Notes under the pieces: model-generated
What the model was told of the DNA's origin: nothing
The model's database searches: none
The model's input: the letters and a program-made list of their open reading frames with translations, nothing else
From: Bacteroidia bacterium
GTDB taxonomy: Bacteria; Bacteroidota; Bacteroidia; SpSt-205
Assembly (NCBI GenBank): GCA_025059535.1
Contig: JANXCX010000019.1
Location: forward strand, 68,363-132,362
Reading direction: 5' to 3'
Length of the DNA stretch: 64,000 bases
Program-made: the position numbers and the translations under genes
Part shown: one piece after another, positions 9,397 through 17,349 of the stretch
Layout of the letters: every line of letters starts with the position of its first letter
Numbering within the stretch: the first letter of the stretch is position 1

Positions 9397-10806
9397 CTAA
9401 GGCGCTGGTTTCTGTCGGCGCACCCACCCCCACAACCTAATCTCACCCCATATACGTTCTACATGCAGTAGCCTAAAGTCCTCAGCTAAAATCCTTTGCA
9501 GTTGGCCTTTGGGTAGAAGCTTATTGTATCCATATTCCAGCCACCAGAGCGTATCCGTCCTCTCAATAAAGCAGACTGGAAGATCGGCGTAGTAGGTGGC
9601 TCCTATTATACGGTAGCGGTGATAAAGTTCATGGAAGATAGCTTCCAGGGGTAGCAAGCCAGAGTGCTGCCAGCTGCGATCCAAATAGTAAGCCGCATCT
9701 AGGACATACCAGCGGGGTGAAATAAGGAGGGGTTGGTGGTCTGGCTTAGCTGAGATTTTGCGGAAGAGGATGGATTGAAAAGGGGCTTGGCCAGGCGGGA
9801 GCGGATTCCAACTGAGACTCCATGCCAAAAGAAGCGCAAAGGCGGCGATAAACCGCCCCCATGAAGGCAATGCCATGATACTCAGGGCTATAACCCAGTA
9901 ATAGGCCATAGCGGCCGGCATAAGATAGCGGGGCTCCCAAATCCTAACGAAATGACCGATAAGCCATATTCCAATAAAAATCCCCAAAAAACCTAAATAA
10001 GCCGTAAAGTCAGCCAGACTCGTGCGCCCACTCTGATGCTTAGCCAATAAGCCAGTTCCTATAAGGAGGAGCGCCATGACCGTAGGTACGGGCTGATTGG
10101 AAAAGCGCCAGAGGGCATTGTATAGCCCTTCCCAATCGGACTTAGGCGCAAAGCTAGTCGTCGGATAAAGGACCAGGCGCTCCACAAACACAACCCCTGT
10201 CAGTCCTACGCCTACACTCAGCAAAAGTAGAAGGCGACCTAACCCACGGCGATAAGGGCGCCCCAAAATCAGCAGCATTCCTATCTGAGCCACTGTTACG
10301 GTTAGGCCCATGTAATGCGTATAGTACAGCGCCAGCAGCGTAAGAGTCCAGGGAATAAAGTACTTTCTCTCTGCTAGCCACCGCAGGAAAAAGTAGTAGG
10401 CGAAGGGCGTGAGGGCGGCCAGCAAGGCGTAAGCGCGCAGTTCGCGCCCTACGGACTGCCCAAAGTCGGAAAAGATCCAAAGAAAGGTGGCAATTAGGCC
10501 AGCGGCTCTACCGCCCGTATAGCTACCTAGTACAAAGAGCCCTACAGCACCTAAGCTACTGGCTAAAGCGGCCAACCCCCGCAGGGCCCCCACCTCATCT
10601 CCCACGAGCAAGCGCCAAAAATGGAGAAGAATCTCCCACAGCGGGGGGTTATTGCCTTCATACAGACGGACAAAAATCTGAGCCGGGGTATAATGGGCCA
10701 TGACCCAGCTGAAAATCTCATCATCCCACAAGGGGGCTTTACCTATGCCATAGAGACGTACGCCCAGGGCCAGAGCAAAAATGCCTATTACAAGTACCCA
10801 ATACAC
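9397..10806 (-). CDS. GT-C fold membrane glycosyltransferase (GT39/ArnT-like)
   Basis: First TM helix followed by LWDDE, NNPPL, R.YAL, YTHY and PRY; multiple TM segments. Confidence 0.8.
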   Translation of the reverse strand: MYWVLVIGIFALALGVRLYGIGKAPLWDDEIFSWVMAHYTPAQIFVRLYEGNNPPLWEILLHFWRLLVGDEVGALRGLAALASSLGAVGLFVLGSYTGGRAAGLIATFLWIFSDFGQSVGRELRAYALLAALTPFAYYFFLRWLAERKYFIPWTLTLLALYYTHYMGLTVTVAQIGMLLILGRPYRRGLGRLLLLLSVGVGLTGVVFVERLVLYPTTSFAPKSDWEGLYNALWRFSNQPVPTVMALLLIGTGLLAKHQSGRTSLADFTAYLGFLGIFIGIWLIGHFVRIWEPRYLMPAAMAYYWVIALSIMALPSWGRFIAAFALLLAWSLSWNPLPPGQAPFQSILFRKISAKPDHQPLLISPRWYVLDAAYYLDRSWQHSGLLPLEAIFHELYHRYRIIGATYYADLPVCFIERTDTLWWLEYGYNKLLPKGQLQRILAEDFRLLHVERIWGEIRLWGWVRRQKPAP

Positions 10807-10821
10807 GCCTTCAAAATAGCC

Positions 10822-10829
10822 TATTTTTG
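10822..10829 (+). promoter_or_regulatory. -7 box TATTTTTG, 5 nt before the lpxB GTG
   Basis: TATTTTTG-ctcaa-GTG(10835). Confidence 0.7.
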
Positions 10830-10834
10830 CTCAA

Positions 10835-11926
10835 GTGGGTCTACGGCTCTACTGGGTAGTAGGCGAACTATCAGGGGAGCAGCACGCGGTAAGGGTAATT
10901 CAAGCGCTCCATCGCTACCGTCCCGACTGGGCTATGCGTGGGTTAGGCGGTAACCTTATGCAGCAGGTTGGCGTAAGCCTACTGGCGCACTGGCAGGACT
11001 ATGCCGTAGTGGGCTTTGTTGAGGTAGTCCGTAAGCTGCCCCACTTCATTCGGCTCATGCAGAAGATAAAAAAGGACATACTTGCCTGGCGCCCTGACCG
11101 AGTTATCCTAGTGGATTATCCGGGTTTCAATTTGCGTTTGGCCCAGTGGCTAGGCCGTCAGGGAATTCCGATCACCTACTTTATTCCTCCTCAGCTATGG
11201 GCTTGGGCGCCGGGGCGGGTGCGTCGCCTGCGCCAACCTGATACTCAGATTCTCTGCATTTTGCCCTTTGAGCCAAAGTTTTATGCATCCTATGGGCTGA
11301 AAGCGCTCTATGTAGGCCACCCTTTGGTAACAGCTTTGAAAGACACTACGCCTTATTCGCATCCGAGGCCGTATATTGCCCTTCTACCGGGCAGTCGTGC
11401 CCATGAGGTACGCCACATGCTCCCCGTAATGGCTCAACTGCCCTCCTACTTCCCTGAATTTGACTTTCTGGTTTCCCGCGTCTCTCACTTGCCCCGCGAG
11501 CTTTACGAACGCCTAGCGCCAGGCCTGACGCTTGTGGAGGTGAGCGCGCCAGCCTTCCTTATGGGGGCTACAGCGGCCGTCATCACTTCGGGCACGGCTA
11601 CCTTAGAGGCGGCTCTGGTAGGCACGCCCGCCGTAATTGGTTATAAGGGCAACCCGCTCTCCTACCACATCGCCCGACGGCTAGTACGCGTGCACTTCAT
11701 CGGGCTGCCCAATCTCATCTTAAATGAGGCGGTATTTCCCGAGCTTATCCAAAAGGAATTTACACCCGAAAAGGTAGCGACTGCACTACGCACGGTTCTG
11801 AGTCAGCGAACAGCTATCCAGGCAAAACTAGCCGAGCTTCCACGCCTTTTAGGGGAACAAGATGCCGCTACGCAAGCCGCCGAAGCTATCCTGCAGGCCT
11901 TCAGCGCCAAAGGAAAAACAGGCTAA
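10835..11926 (+). CDS. lpxB: Lipid-A-disaccharide synthase
   Basis: Motifs GELSG, VDYPGFN, PPQLWAW, ILPFE, YVGHPL, LLPGSR, SGTATLE and LPNLI. Confidence 0.96.
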   Translation: MGLRLYWVVGELSGEQHAVRVIQALHRYRPDWAMRGLGGNLMQQVGVSLLAHWQDYAVVGFVEVVRKLPHFIRLMQKIKKDILAWRPDRVILVDYPGFNLRLAQWLGRQGIPITYFIPPQLWAWAPGRVRRLRQPDTQILCILPFEPKFYASYGLKALYVGHPLVTALKDTTPYSHPRPYIALLPGSRAHEVRHMLPVMAQLPSYFPEFDFLVSRVSHLPRELYERLAPGLTLVEVSAPAFLMGATAAVITSGTATLEAALVGTPAVIGYKGNPLSYHIARRLVRVHFIGLPNLILNEAVFPELIQKEFTPEKVATALRTVLSQRTAIQAKLAELPRLLGEQDAATQAAEAILQAFSAKGKTG

Positions 11927-13022
11927 AGCGCAGGGTATTCTGGAGAGGATGATTCTGAATAAAGGAAGTAAGATAGGCCACATCTAACCCCAGCTGCCGA
12001 AAGTTTAGCCCTGCGCCTATAGTGAAAAAGCGCCGATTCCCCTTGAGCGGGTCCTCATAGAAGAAGCCGCCGCGGACCTTGAAGAGCCGATTGTAATCGT
12101 ACTCTAGGCCGAGGCTCCAGTAGATTTCGGAAAGCTCTTCTCGCCAGCCTTTAGGCGCATCCCCAAAGCTCTTGAAGATGCCTTCTAAGAGGGGCACTTG
12201 CGTTGCGCCCCCCGCCGACGGCACGAGGAGCTTATTGAAGTCATTGGCAAAGGTCAAGCTGTTAAAATCATCTAGCTTGAGGGAAAAGGAATAGCCCACC
12301 CGCAGATTCCCTGGCAGGAAGTCGCGCAGGCCTGAGGCGGTATAGGCCATTTTAGCCCCAATATTAGACACCTGCAACCCCGCACGCGCCGTAACAGGCA
12401 AGGGCTTCGGTTTAGTTTTCAAGGTAAAGTCTTTCTGGTAGAAGAGCCCAAAATCCCCGGCTACCGAACGGCCGGGTTGGGTGGTAAGGCCGCCTACACT
12501 CGTAGCGCCCGTAAGGTTACTCTGCACATACTTAAGGGCTACCCCTATAGAAAGGTTACTCGTAATGATATGGCTATAGCCTGTAGTGATGGCGAATTCA
12601 TTTGCGTCGTACTCGCCCGTCTTGATGCCAGCGTTATCGGTAAATTCTATCTTACCTAAGGAAAAGAAGGTAAGGGAAGCGGCCACGGCCCCCGCCTTCT
12701 CGCTAATATTCCAGTAGAAGGGCACATACAGGTGATTGATATCGCCGATGCCTAAGGCACGCAGCCAAGGGGTATAGCTAAAACTTACCCCACCGCGCTC
12801 GCGGGCAAGGGCAAGCGCCCCTACATTCCAATGGAGGCTATATACGGTAGGAGCTAAAGCTACGCCTGTCTCAGCCATGCCCCCACTGCGCGCATCGGGG
12901 CAGATTAGGAGAAAGGGTACAGCGGTAGTTATGGCGCGAATCTGGCCCGATGGCGTTGATTGCGCTTGGCCCCATACTCCCACCGGGAGTAGGGCCAAAC
13001 AACCCCACACACAAAACCGCAT
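11901..13022 (-). CDS. porV: Type IX secretion outer-membrane shuttle PorV
   Basis: Motifs ITTAVPFLLI.PDAR..GM, SYTPWL, SL.FFSLG.I.FTD, KGNRRFFT.GAG and HPLQNTLRFSL. Start revised to ATG 13022 (signal peptide ending G|Q), because the longer ORF overlaps tRNA-Ser. Confidence 0.92.
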   Translation of the reverse strand: MRFCVWGCLALLPVGVWGQAQSTPSGQIRAITTAVPFLLICPDARSGGMAETGVALAPTVYSLHWNVGALALARERGGVSFSYTPWLRALGIGDINHLYVPFYWNISEKAGAVAASLTFFSLGKIEFTDNAGIKTGEYDANEFAITTGYSHIITSNLSIGVALKYVQSNLTGATSVGGLTTQPGRSVAGDFGLFYQKDFTLKTKPKPLPVTARAGLQVSNIGAKMAYTASGLRDFLPGNLRVGYSFSLKLDDFNSLTFANDFNKLLVPSAGGATQVPLLEGIFKSFGDAPKGWREELSEIYWSLGLEYDYNRLFKVRGGFFYEDPLKGNRRFFTIGAGLNFRQLGLDVAYLTSFIQNHPLQNTLRFSLFFLWR

Positions 13023-13041
13023 AAGAGAGCCTCTTTCCGCA

Positions 13042-13049
13042 CAAAAGTA
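13042..13049 (-). promoter_or_regulatory. -7 box TACTTTTG for porV
   Basis: 19 nt upstream of ATG 13022, back-to-back with the tRNA promoter. Confidence 0.6.
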
Positions 13050-13062
13050 CGCATTTGCGTTG

Positions 13063-13070
13063 TATTTTTG
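13063..13070 (+). promoter_or_regulatory. -7 box TATTTTTG for the tRNA-Ser/fbp transcript
   Basis: TATTTTTG-ccttt-G1 of the tRNA (13076). Confidence 0.75.
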
Positions 13071-13075
13071 CCTTT

Positions 13076-13163
13076 GGAGAGATGCCGGAGTGGTCGAACG
13101 GGCCTGACTTGAAATCAGGTAGCCCGCTGAGCGGGCTCGGGGGTTCGAATCCCTCTCTCTCCG
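13076..13163 (+). tRNA. tRNA-Ser(TGA), no encoded CCA
   Basis: Acceptor GGAGAGA/TCTCTCC, G73, anticodon arm CCTGA-CTTGAAA-TCAGG, long variable arm AGCCCGC-TGA-GCGGGCT, T-loop TTCGAAT. Confidence 0.97.
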
Positions 13164-13164
13164 C

Positions 13165-14163
13165 ATGACGACTTTGGAGCAGTTTATCATCACTCGTCAG
13201 CAAGAGCGCGAGGGGAGCGGCGCCTTCTCCAAAATCCTGCGCGACTTAGGTCTAGCGGGAAAACTCCTCAGCTTCTATCTGCGGCGTGCCTCGCTAAGTG
13301 GCCTTCTGGGCGAGCTCGGCCTTACCAACATCCAAGGGGAAAGTGTCCAGAAGCTAGACCATCTGGCCAATACCCTCCTTATTCGGCTGCTCTCTCAAAA
13401 CCCCCATGTAGCAGGTCTCGCCTCCGAAGAAGAAGAACATATCCTACCCGCCAATCCCGAGGGTAAGTATGTCGTGCTTTTAGATCCCCTGGATGGCTCT
13501 TCCAACATAGATACAGGGGTACCTGTAGGCACGATTTTCTCTATCTATCGTCGGATTTCCCCTTTAGGCACCCCTTGTAGCGAAGCCGACTTTCTCCAAG
13601 GCGGGCGAGCTCAAGTAGCCGCTGGCTACATTCTCTATGGCACCAGTACCCTGCTCTTTTATACCACAGGCGAAGGCGTACATGGCTTTACCTTAGAGCC
13701 AGCCGCAGGGGAATTCTTCCTAACCTACCCGCACGTAGAAATGCCCCCTAAAAGTACCTACTACTCCTTCAACGATAATCAGCTGCACGAATGGGAGCCA
13801 AGCCTCCAGCGGTATGTAGCGGATCTCCATACCCGCAATCGTACCAGCGCTAAGCCCCAATCCCTGCGCTACGTAGGTTCCCTCGTAGCTGATTTCCACC
13901 GAAACCTCCTCAAAGGCGGCCTTTTTATGTACCCGGGTACGGTGCAAAAGCCTGAGGGCAAACTGCGCCTGCTTTATGAGGGCTACCCTATGGCCTTCCT
14001 TGCCGAGCAGGCTGGTGCAAAAGCTACCAACGGCCGTCAGGCGCTTCTGGACGTACCACCCTCCAAAATCCATCAGCGCACCCCGCTCTTTATCGGCCCC
14101 GCTGAGGAAATAGATCGCATCCATACTTTCCTCAATACCAATGTCCCTGTGGAAACGCTTTAA
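13165..14163 (+). CDS. fbp: Fructose-1,6-bisphosphatase class 1
   Basis: Motifs NIQGE.VQKLD, SEE, DPLDGSSNID, GTIFSIY, RYVGSLVADFHRNL and GKLRLLYE. Confidence 0.97.
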   Translation: MTTLEQFIITRQQEREGSGAFSKILRDLGLAGKLLSFYLRRASLSGLLGELGLTNIQGESVQKLDHLANTLLIRLLSQNPHVAGLASEEEEHILPANPEGKYVVLLDPLDGSSNIDTGVPVGTIFSIYRRISPLGTPCSEADFLQGGRAQVAAGYILYGTSTLLFYTTGEGVHGFTLEPAAGEFFLTYPHVEMPPKSTYYSFNDNQLHEWEPSLQRYVADLHTRNRTSAKPQSLRYVGSLVADFHRNLLKGGLFMYPGTVQKPEGKLRLLYEGYPMAFLAEQAGAKATNGRQALLDVPPSKIHQRTPLFIGPAEEIDRIHTFLNTNVPVETL

Positions 14164-14896
14164 GCGAGCTCTGCGGGCCCTTCTGGGCAAAGCCGTAGAA
14201 ACTATAGAGGATCCGCGCCTGATTCTAGAGCAGAATATTCGGGAGCTAAACGAGCAGGTGCCCAAGATGAATGAGCACATCGCCTCCGTCAAAGCCACCG
14301 TCACGCTCTTAGAGAAAGAGCTGGAAAAGTATCAAAAGGAATACAATGACTTAGTCGCACGGGTCAAGGCCGCCTTAGGCCACAATCGGGAGGACTTAGC
14401 CGAGCAGTATGCCCTACGCATAGAGAAACTCAAGCAGAGCATAGCCCAAACCCAAACCGAATTGGAAGCCGCCCGGCGGGCCTACGAAAAGGCCTTAGAA
14501 ATCAAAAAGCTCTTTATGCGCGAGCGGGAACGAAAAATCCAAGAGGCCCGGGCGGCCCTTCAGCAGTACGAGCGTGCCAAGTGGCAGGCTCAAATCGCCG
14601 AAGCTTTTGAGCAGTTTGAGGTAGGCGGTATAGATCAGACCCACGATGAAATGGTTCGGCGCCTCCAGGAGAAATCCGCCCAATACGAGGCACGCCTGGA
14701 GCTAGCCTTAGAAAGCATAGATACCTCCCGTCTTAAGGTGGACGAGGAGATGGAGCGCATCCAAGCCAAGGAGTCTTTAGCTAGACTAAAAGCCGAATTA
14801 GGCTTAGAGGTGCCGCCCGCTGCGCCCAGGTCGGCTGAGGCCGAAAAATCCCCCCTTCCCTCTCCTGAACGCGGAAGCAAAGAGCCGCTCCTCTAA
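14141..14896 (+). CDS. pspA: PspA/IM30 (ESCRT-III-like) family protein
   Basis: Amphipathic N-terminal helix MSLWKRFKRALRA, EDP..ILEQ.IRE, ALG..REDLA and long coiled coils. Confidence 0.9.
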   Translation: MSLWKRFKRALRALLGKAVETIEDPRLILEQNIRELNEQVPKMNEHIASVKATVTLLEKELEKYQKEYNDLVARVKAALGHNREDLAEQYALRIEKLKQSIAQTQTELEAARRAYEKALEIKKLFMRERERKIQEARAALQQYERAKWQAQIAEAFEQFEVGGIDQTHDEMVRRLQEKSAQYEARLELALESIDTSRLKVDEEMERIQAKESLARLKAELGLEVPPAAPRSAEAEKSPLPSPERGSKEPLL

Positions 14897-15129
14897 TGGC
14901 CTACTCCCCTGACGAGTACAAAGCCCTAAAGGAGTTTCACAAGCAGAGCCTGCGGGAGCAGCGGGCCTTAGCGGAGCAGTTGCGCTGGGCTAAGCTGCGC
15001 CAGCGTACGCAGTGGCATTTAGCGCAGCTAGCTCGCTCGCTTGAGGCCTTAGGCGTCTCTCCCCCTGAAGAAAAGGGCCAGGCCCTCACACCGCCACCAC
15101 CCCCCCAAGCCGACAAAACGCTCTTCTGA
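14896..15129 (+). CDS. Small helical protein coupled to pspA
   Basis: TAATG overlap with pspA; charged helix followed by a Pro-rich tail. Confidence 0.7.
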   Translation: MAYSPDEYKALKEFHKQSLREQRALAEQLRWAKLRQRTQWHLAQLARSLEALGVSPPEEKGQALTPPPPPQADKTLF

Positions 15130-16301
15130 TACGCTTACTCCAGCTTACTTCTAAGCCGCCCTATCCCCCGCGTGATGGTGGGGCGCTTGCGGCCGCCCAA
15201 CTGCTGGAAATGTGGCAGGCGCTGGGCTGGCAGGCGGAAGGCCTTACCATGCACACGCCGAGCCACCCTTTTGACCCTAAAGCTTCTCCTTCCGTACCAC
15301 TCACAGCGGTAGTCGTTCATAGCCGCCCTACCCTCTTAGGGGCTGGCCTCAATCTCCTCAGCCGCTATCCTTACCATCTGGTGCGCTTCCAAAGTCCCGC
15401 TTATGCGAAGGCCTTACAGCAGCTTGTAGAGCGGTTTCAGCCTAATCTTATCCAAGTAGAGAGTCTTTACCTCACTCCTTACGTAGCTAATCTCTCTGTG
15501 CCCTGCGTCTATCGGGTTCACAATATAGAGTCGCAGATTTGGCTACGGCACAGCCAGCAGGTAACCTTTCCGCTGAGCTGGTACCTCCGCCTTCAGGGTC
15601 AGCGTATTGCGCGCTACGAGGCCGAAGCTATTCACAGGTATGCAGGTCTCTTATGTATCTCAGAAAAAGAAGCCGATTGGGCAAGGGCACAGGATTATAC
15701 GGGCGTTTGCCAAGTATTACCTTTTGCAGTAGAGATAGAACGGTACCCCGTGGCGCCCTTAGGGAATCCATGCCCTAAAATAGGCTTCTTGGGCAGCTTA
15801 GAGTGGCTTCCCAATCGCCACGGCTTAGAGTGGTTTCTGCGCCAGGTGTGGCCTACTTTCCGCCGTTGGTATCCAGAGGCTAAACTCAGTATAGCCGGGC
15901 GCAACCCACCAGCCGCTCTTTACCGCTATGCGGACAGCTCAGTGCAGATCTTGGGCGAGATCCCCGACGCCCAAGCGTTCTGGCAGGCCCACGAGATTAT
16001 TGTTGTGCCGCTTTTCTCAGGCAGCGGGATTCGGGTAAAGGTGATAGAGGCCTTTGCCGCCGGACGGGCTGTGATAGCCACCCCCTTAGCCGCCGAGAGC
16101 TTGATGGCCCAGCCCGGCCGGCATTTCCTTTTAGCTACGGACGCGCGCTCGTTTGCCGAGGCCTTAGCCGAACTGTACACAGACCCCCTCCGCCGCAAGG
16201 AGCTAGGGCAAGCCGCCCGCCACTTAGCCGAAACTACCTACAACCGTCGGCTTTTACAGGAAGTCCTCCGAACCTTTTATGAAACCCTCCTGGGAAAGTA
16301 G
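15129..16301 (+). CDS. Glycosyltransferase family 4; probable ATA start at 15129
   Basis: In-frame N-terminus xRLLQLTSKPPYPPRDGG upstream of ATG 15210; HNIE, GSLEWLPN and VPLFSGSGIRVKVIEA. Confidence 0.88.
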   Translation: MRLLQLTSKPPYPPRDGGALAAAQLLEMWQALGWQAEGLTMHTPSHPFDPKASPSVPLTAVVVHSRPTLLGAGLNLLSRYPYHLVRFQSPAYAKALQQLVERFQPNLIQVESLYLTPYVANLSVPCVYRVHNIESQIWLRHSQQVTFPLSWYLRLQGQRIARYEAEAIHRYAGLLCISEKEADWARAQDYTGVCQVLPFAVEIERYPVAPLGNPCPKIGFLGSLEWLPNRHGLEWFLRQVWPTFRRWYPEAKLSIAGRNPPAALYRYADSSVQILGEIPDAQAFWQAHEIIVVPLFSGSGIRVKVIEAFAAGRAVIATPLAAESLMAQPGRHFLLATDARSFAEALAELYTDPLRRKELGQAARHLAETTYNRRLLQEVLRTFYETLLGK

Positions 16302-17349
16302 CTTTCGGGTGCTGACGCTCATGGCCGGTAGCTCAGCCGACGGCGTAAGCGCCGCGCTAATGCGGCTGCGGCTATTTCCCACCCCTTCCTACGAGCTGCT
16401 GGTAGGTAAGACCCTCCCTTATCCCGAAGCGCTGCACCAAACCCTTCAGCAAGCGCTAAACCTACCTGCACCCGAACTTTTCCAGCTAAGTATTACCTAT
16501 ACCGACTGGACCGCTGACATCCTGCATACGCATTTTAGCCAATGGATATATGACTTAATCGTATGGCACCCCCACAACCTTTATCATAGCCCTTCCGAGG
16601 GGCTTACTTGGAGCTTAGGGGATAGCGAACGCCTTCGGGCTAAGGCTAAAGCCCCCATCGTAACCCACCTGCGTGCGCGCGATATAGCTTGGGGGGGTAC
16701 AGGTGCTCCGCTCATACCGAATGCCGATGCCTATCTTTTCACCACCTACCAAACCCTCATAAACCTAGGGGGGATTGCGAATATTACCCATCTGCCCACC
16801 TATGTGGCTTATGACATTGGACCCTGCAATCAGCTCCTAAATGCCCTTGCAGCTCAGGCGCAACCTCCTCTCCCTTACGATCCCGAGGGCCAAATCGCCG
16901 CCAGCGGCCAGGTAATCCCCGAGCTTCTAGAAACTTTTCTAGCTCACCCTTTCTTTCAGCATCCACCTCCAAAGGCTTTAGACAATAGAACCGTACAGGA
17001 GGATTTCGTAAAACTCTTTTGTAGTTATTCGGCCCCTTTAGCAGACCGACTTCATACAGCGGTGATAGGAATTGTACACCTGCTCAAGTCAGCTCTTATA
17101 GAGGTAGGGGCGCGCACCTTTACCCTCACTGGGGGTGGTACTTACAACACCTTTCTAGTGAGGCGTTTAGTGGAAATGGTAGAGCCTCTGGGCATATCCT
17201 ACCGAGCAGCCCCTGCACCGCTCGTAGATTATCGGGAAGCCATTGGGTTTGGTCTGCTAGGGCTATGGCGCTGGCTAAATCACCCTAATATTGACCGCCG
17301 CTGGACAGGAGCCCAGTGCGATACCTACAGCGGCTTACTGAGTTTGTAG
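16279..17349 (+). CDS. anmK: Anhydro-N-acetylmuramic acid kinase
   Basis: Motifs MAGSSADG, R..D.A.GG.GAPL.P, NLGGIANIT, DIGPCN.LL, GGG.YN and EA..F..LG. Confidence 0.9.
   Translation: MKPSWESSFRVLTLMAGSSADGVSAALMRLRLFPTPSYELLVGKTLPYPEALHQTLQQALNLPAPELFQLSITYTDWTADILHTHFSQWIYDLIVWHPHNLYHSPSEGLTWSLGDSERLRAKAKAPIVTHLRARDIAWGGTGAPLIPNADAYLFTTYQTLINLGGIANITHLPTYVAYDIGPCNQLLNALAAQAQPPLPYDPEGQIAASGQVIPELLETFLAHPFFQHPPPKALDNRTVQEDFVKLFCSYSAPLADRLHTAVIGIVHLLKSALIEVGARTFTLTGGGTYNTFLVRRLVEMVEPLGISYRAAPAPLVDYREAIGFGLLGLWRWLNHPNIDRRWTGAQCDTYSGLLSL

Noticed and set aside
13121..13137. tRNA-Ser variable arm GCCCGCT-G-AGCGGGC matches the tRNA-Asn acceptor strands
   Set aside because: It is only a 7-bp GC-rich stem and is most likely coincidence.
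13076..13163. Long-arm tRNA as a possible selenocysteine or suppressor tRNA
   Set aside because: The anticodon is TGA (reads UCA, Ser), not TCA, and the acceptor stem is a normal 7 bp.
13023..13193. N-terminal extension of porV in the ORF track (start 13193)
   Set aside because: It is the antisense reading of tRNA-Ser. The signal peptide and promoter support ATG 13022.
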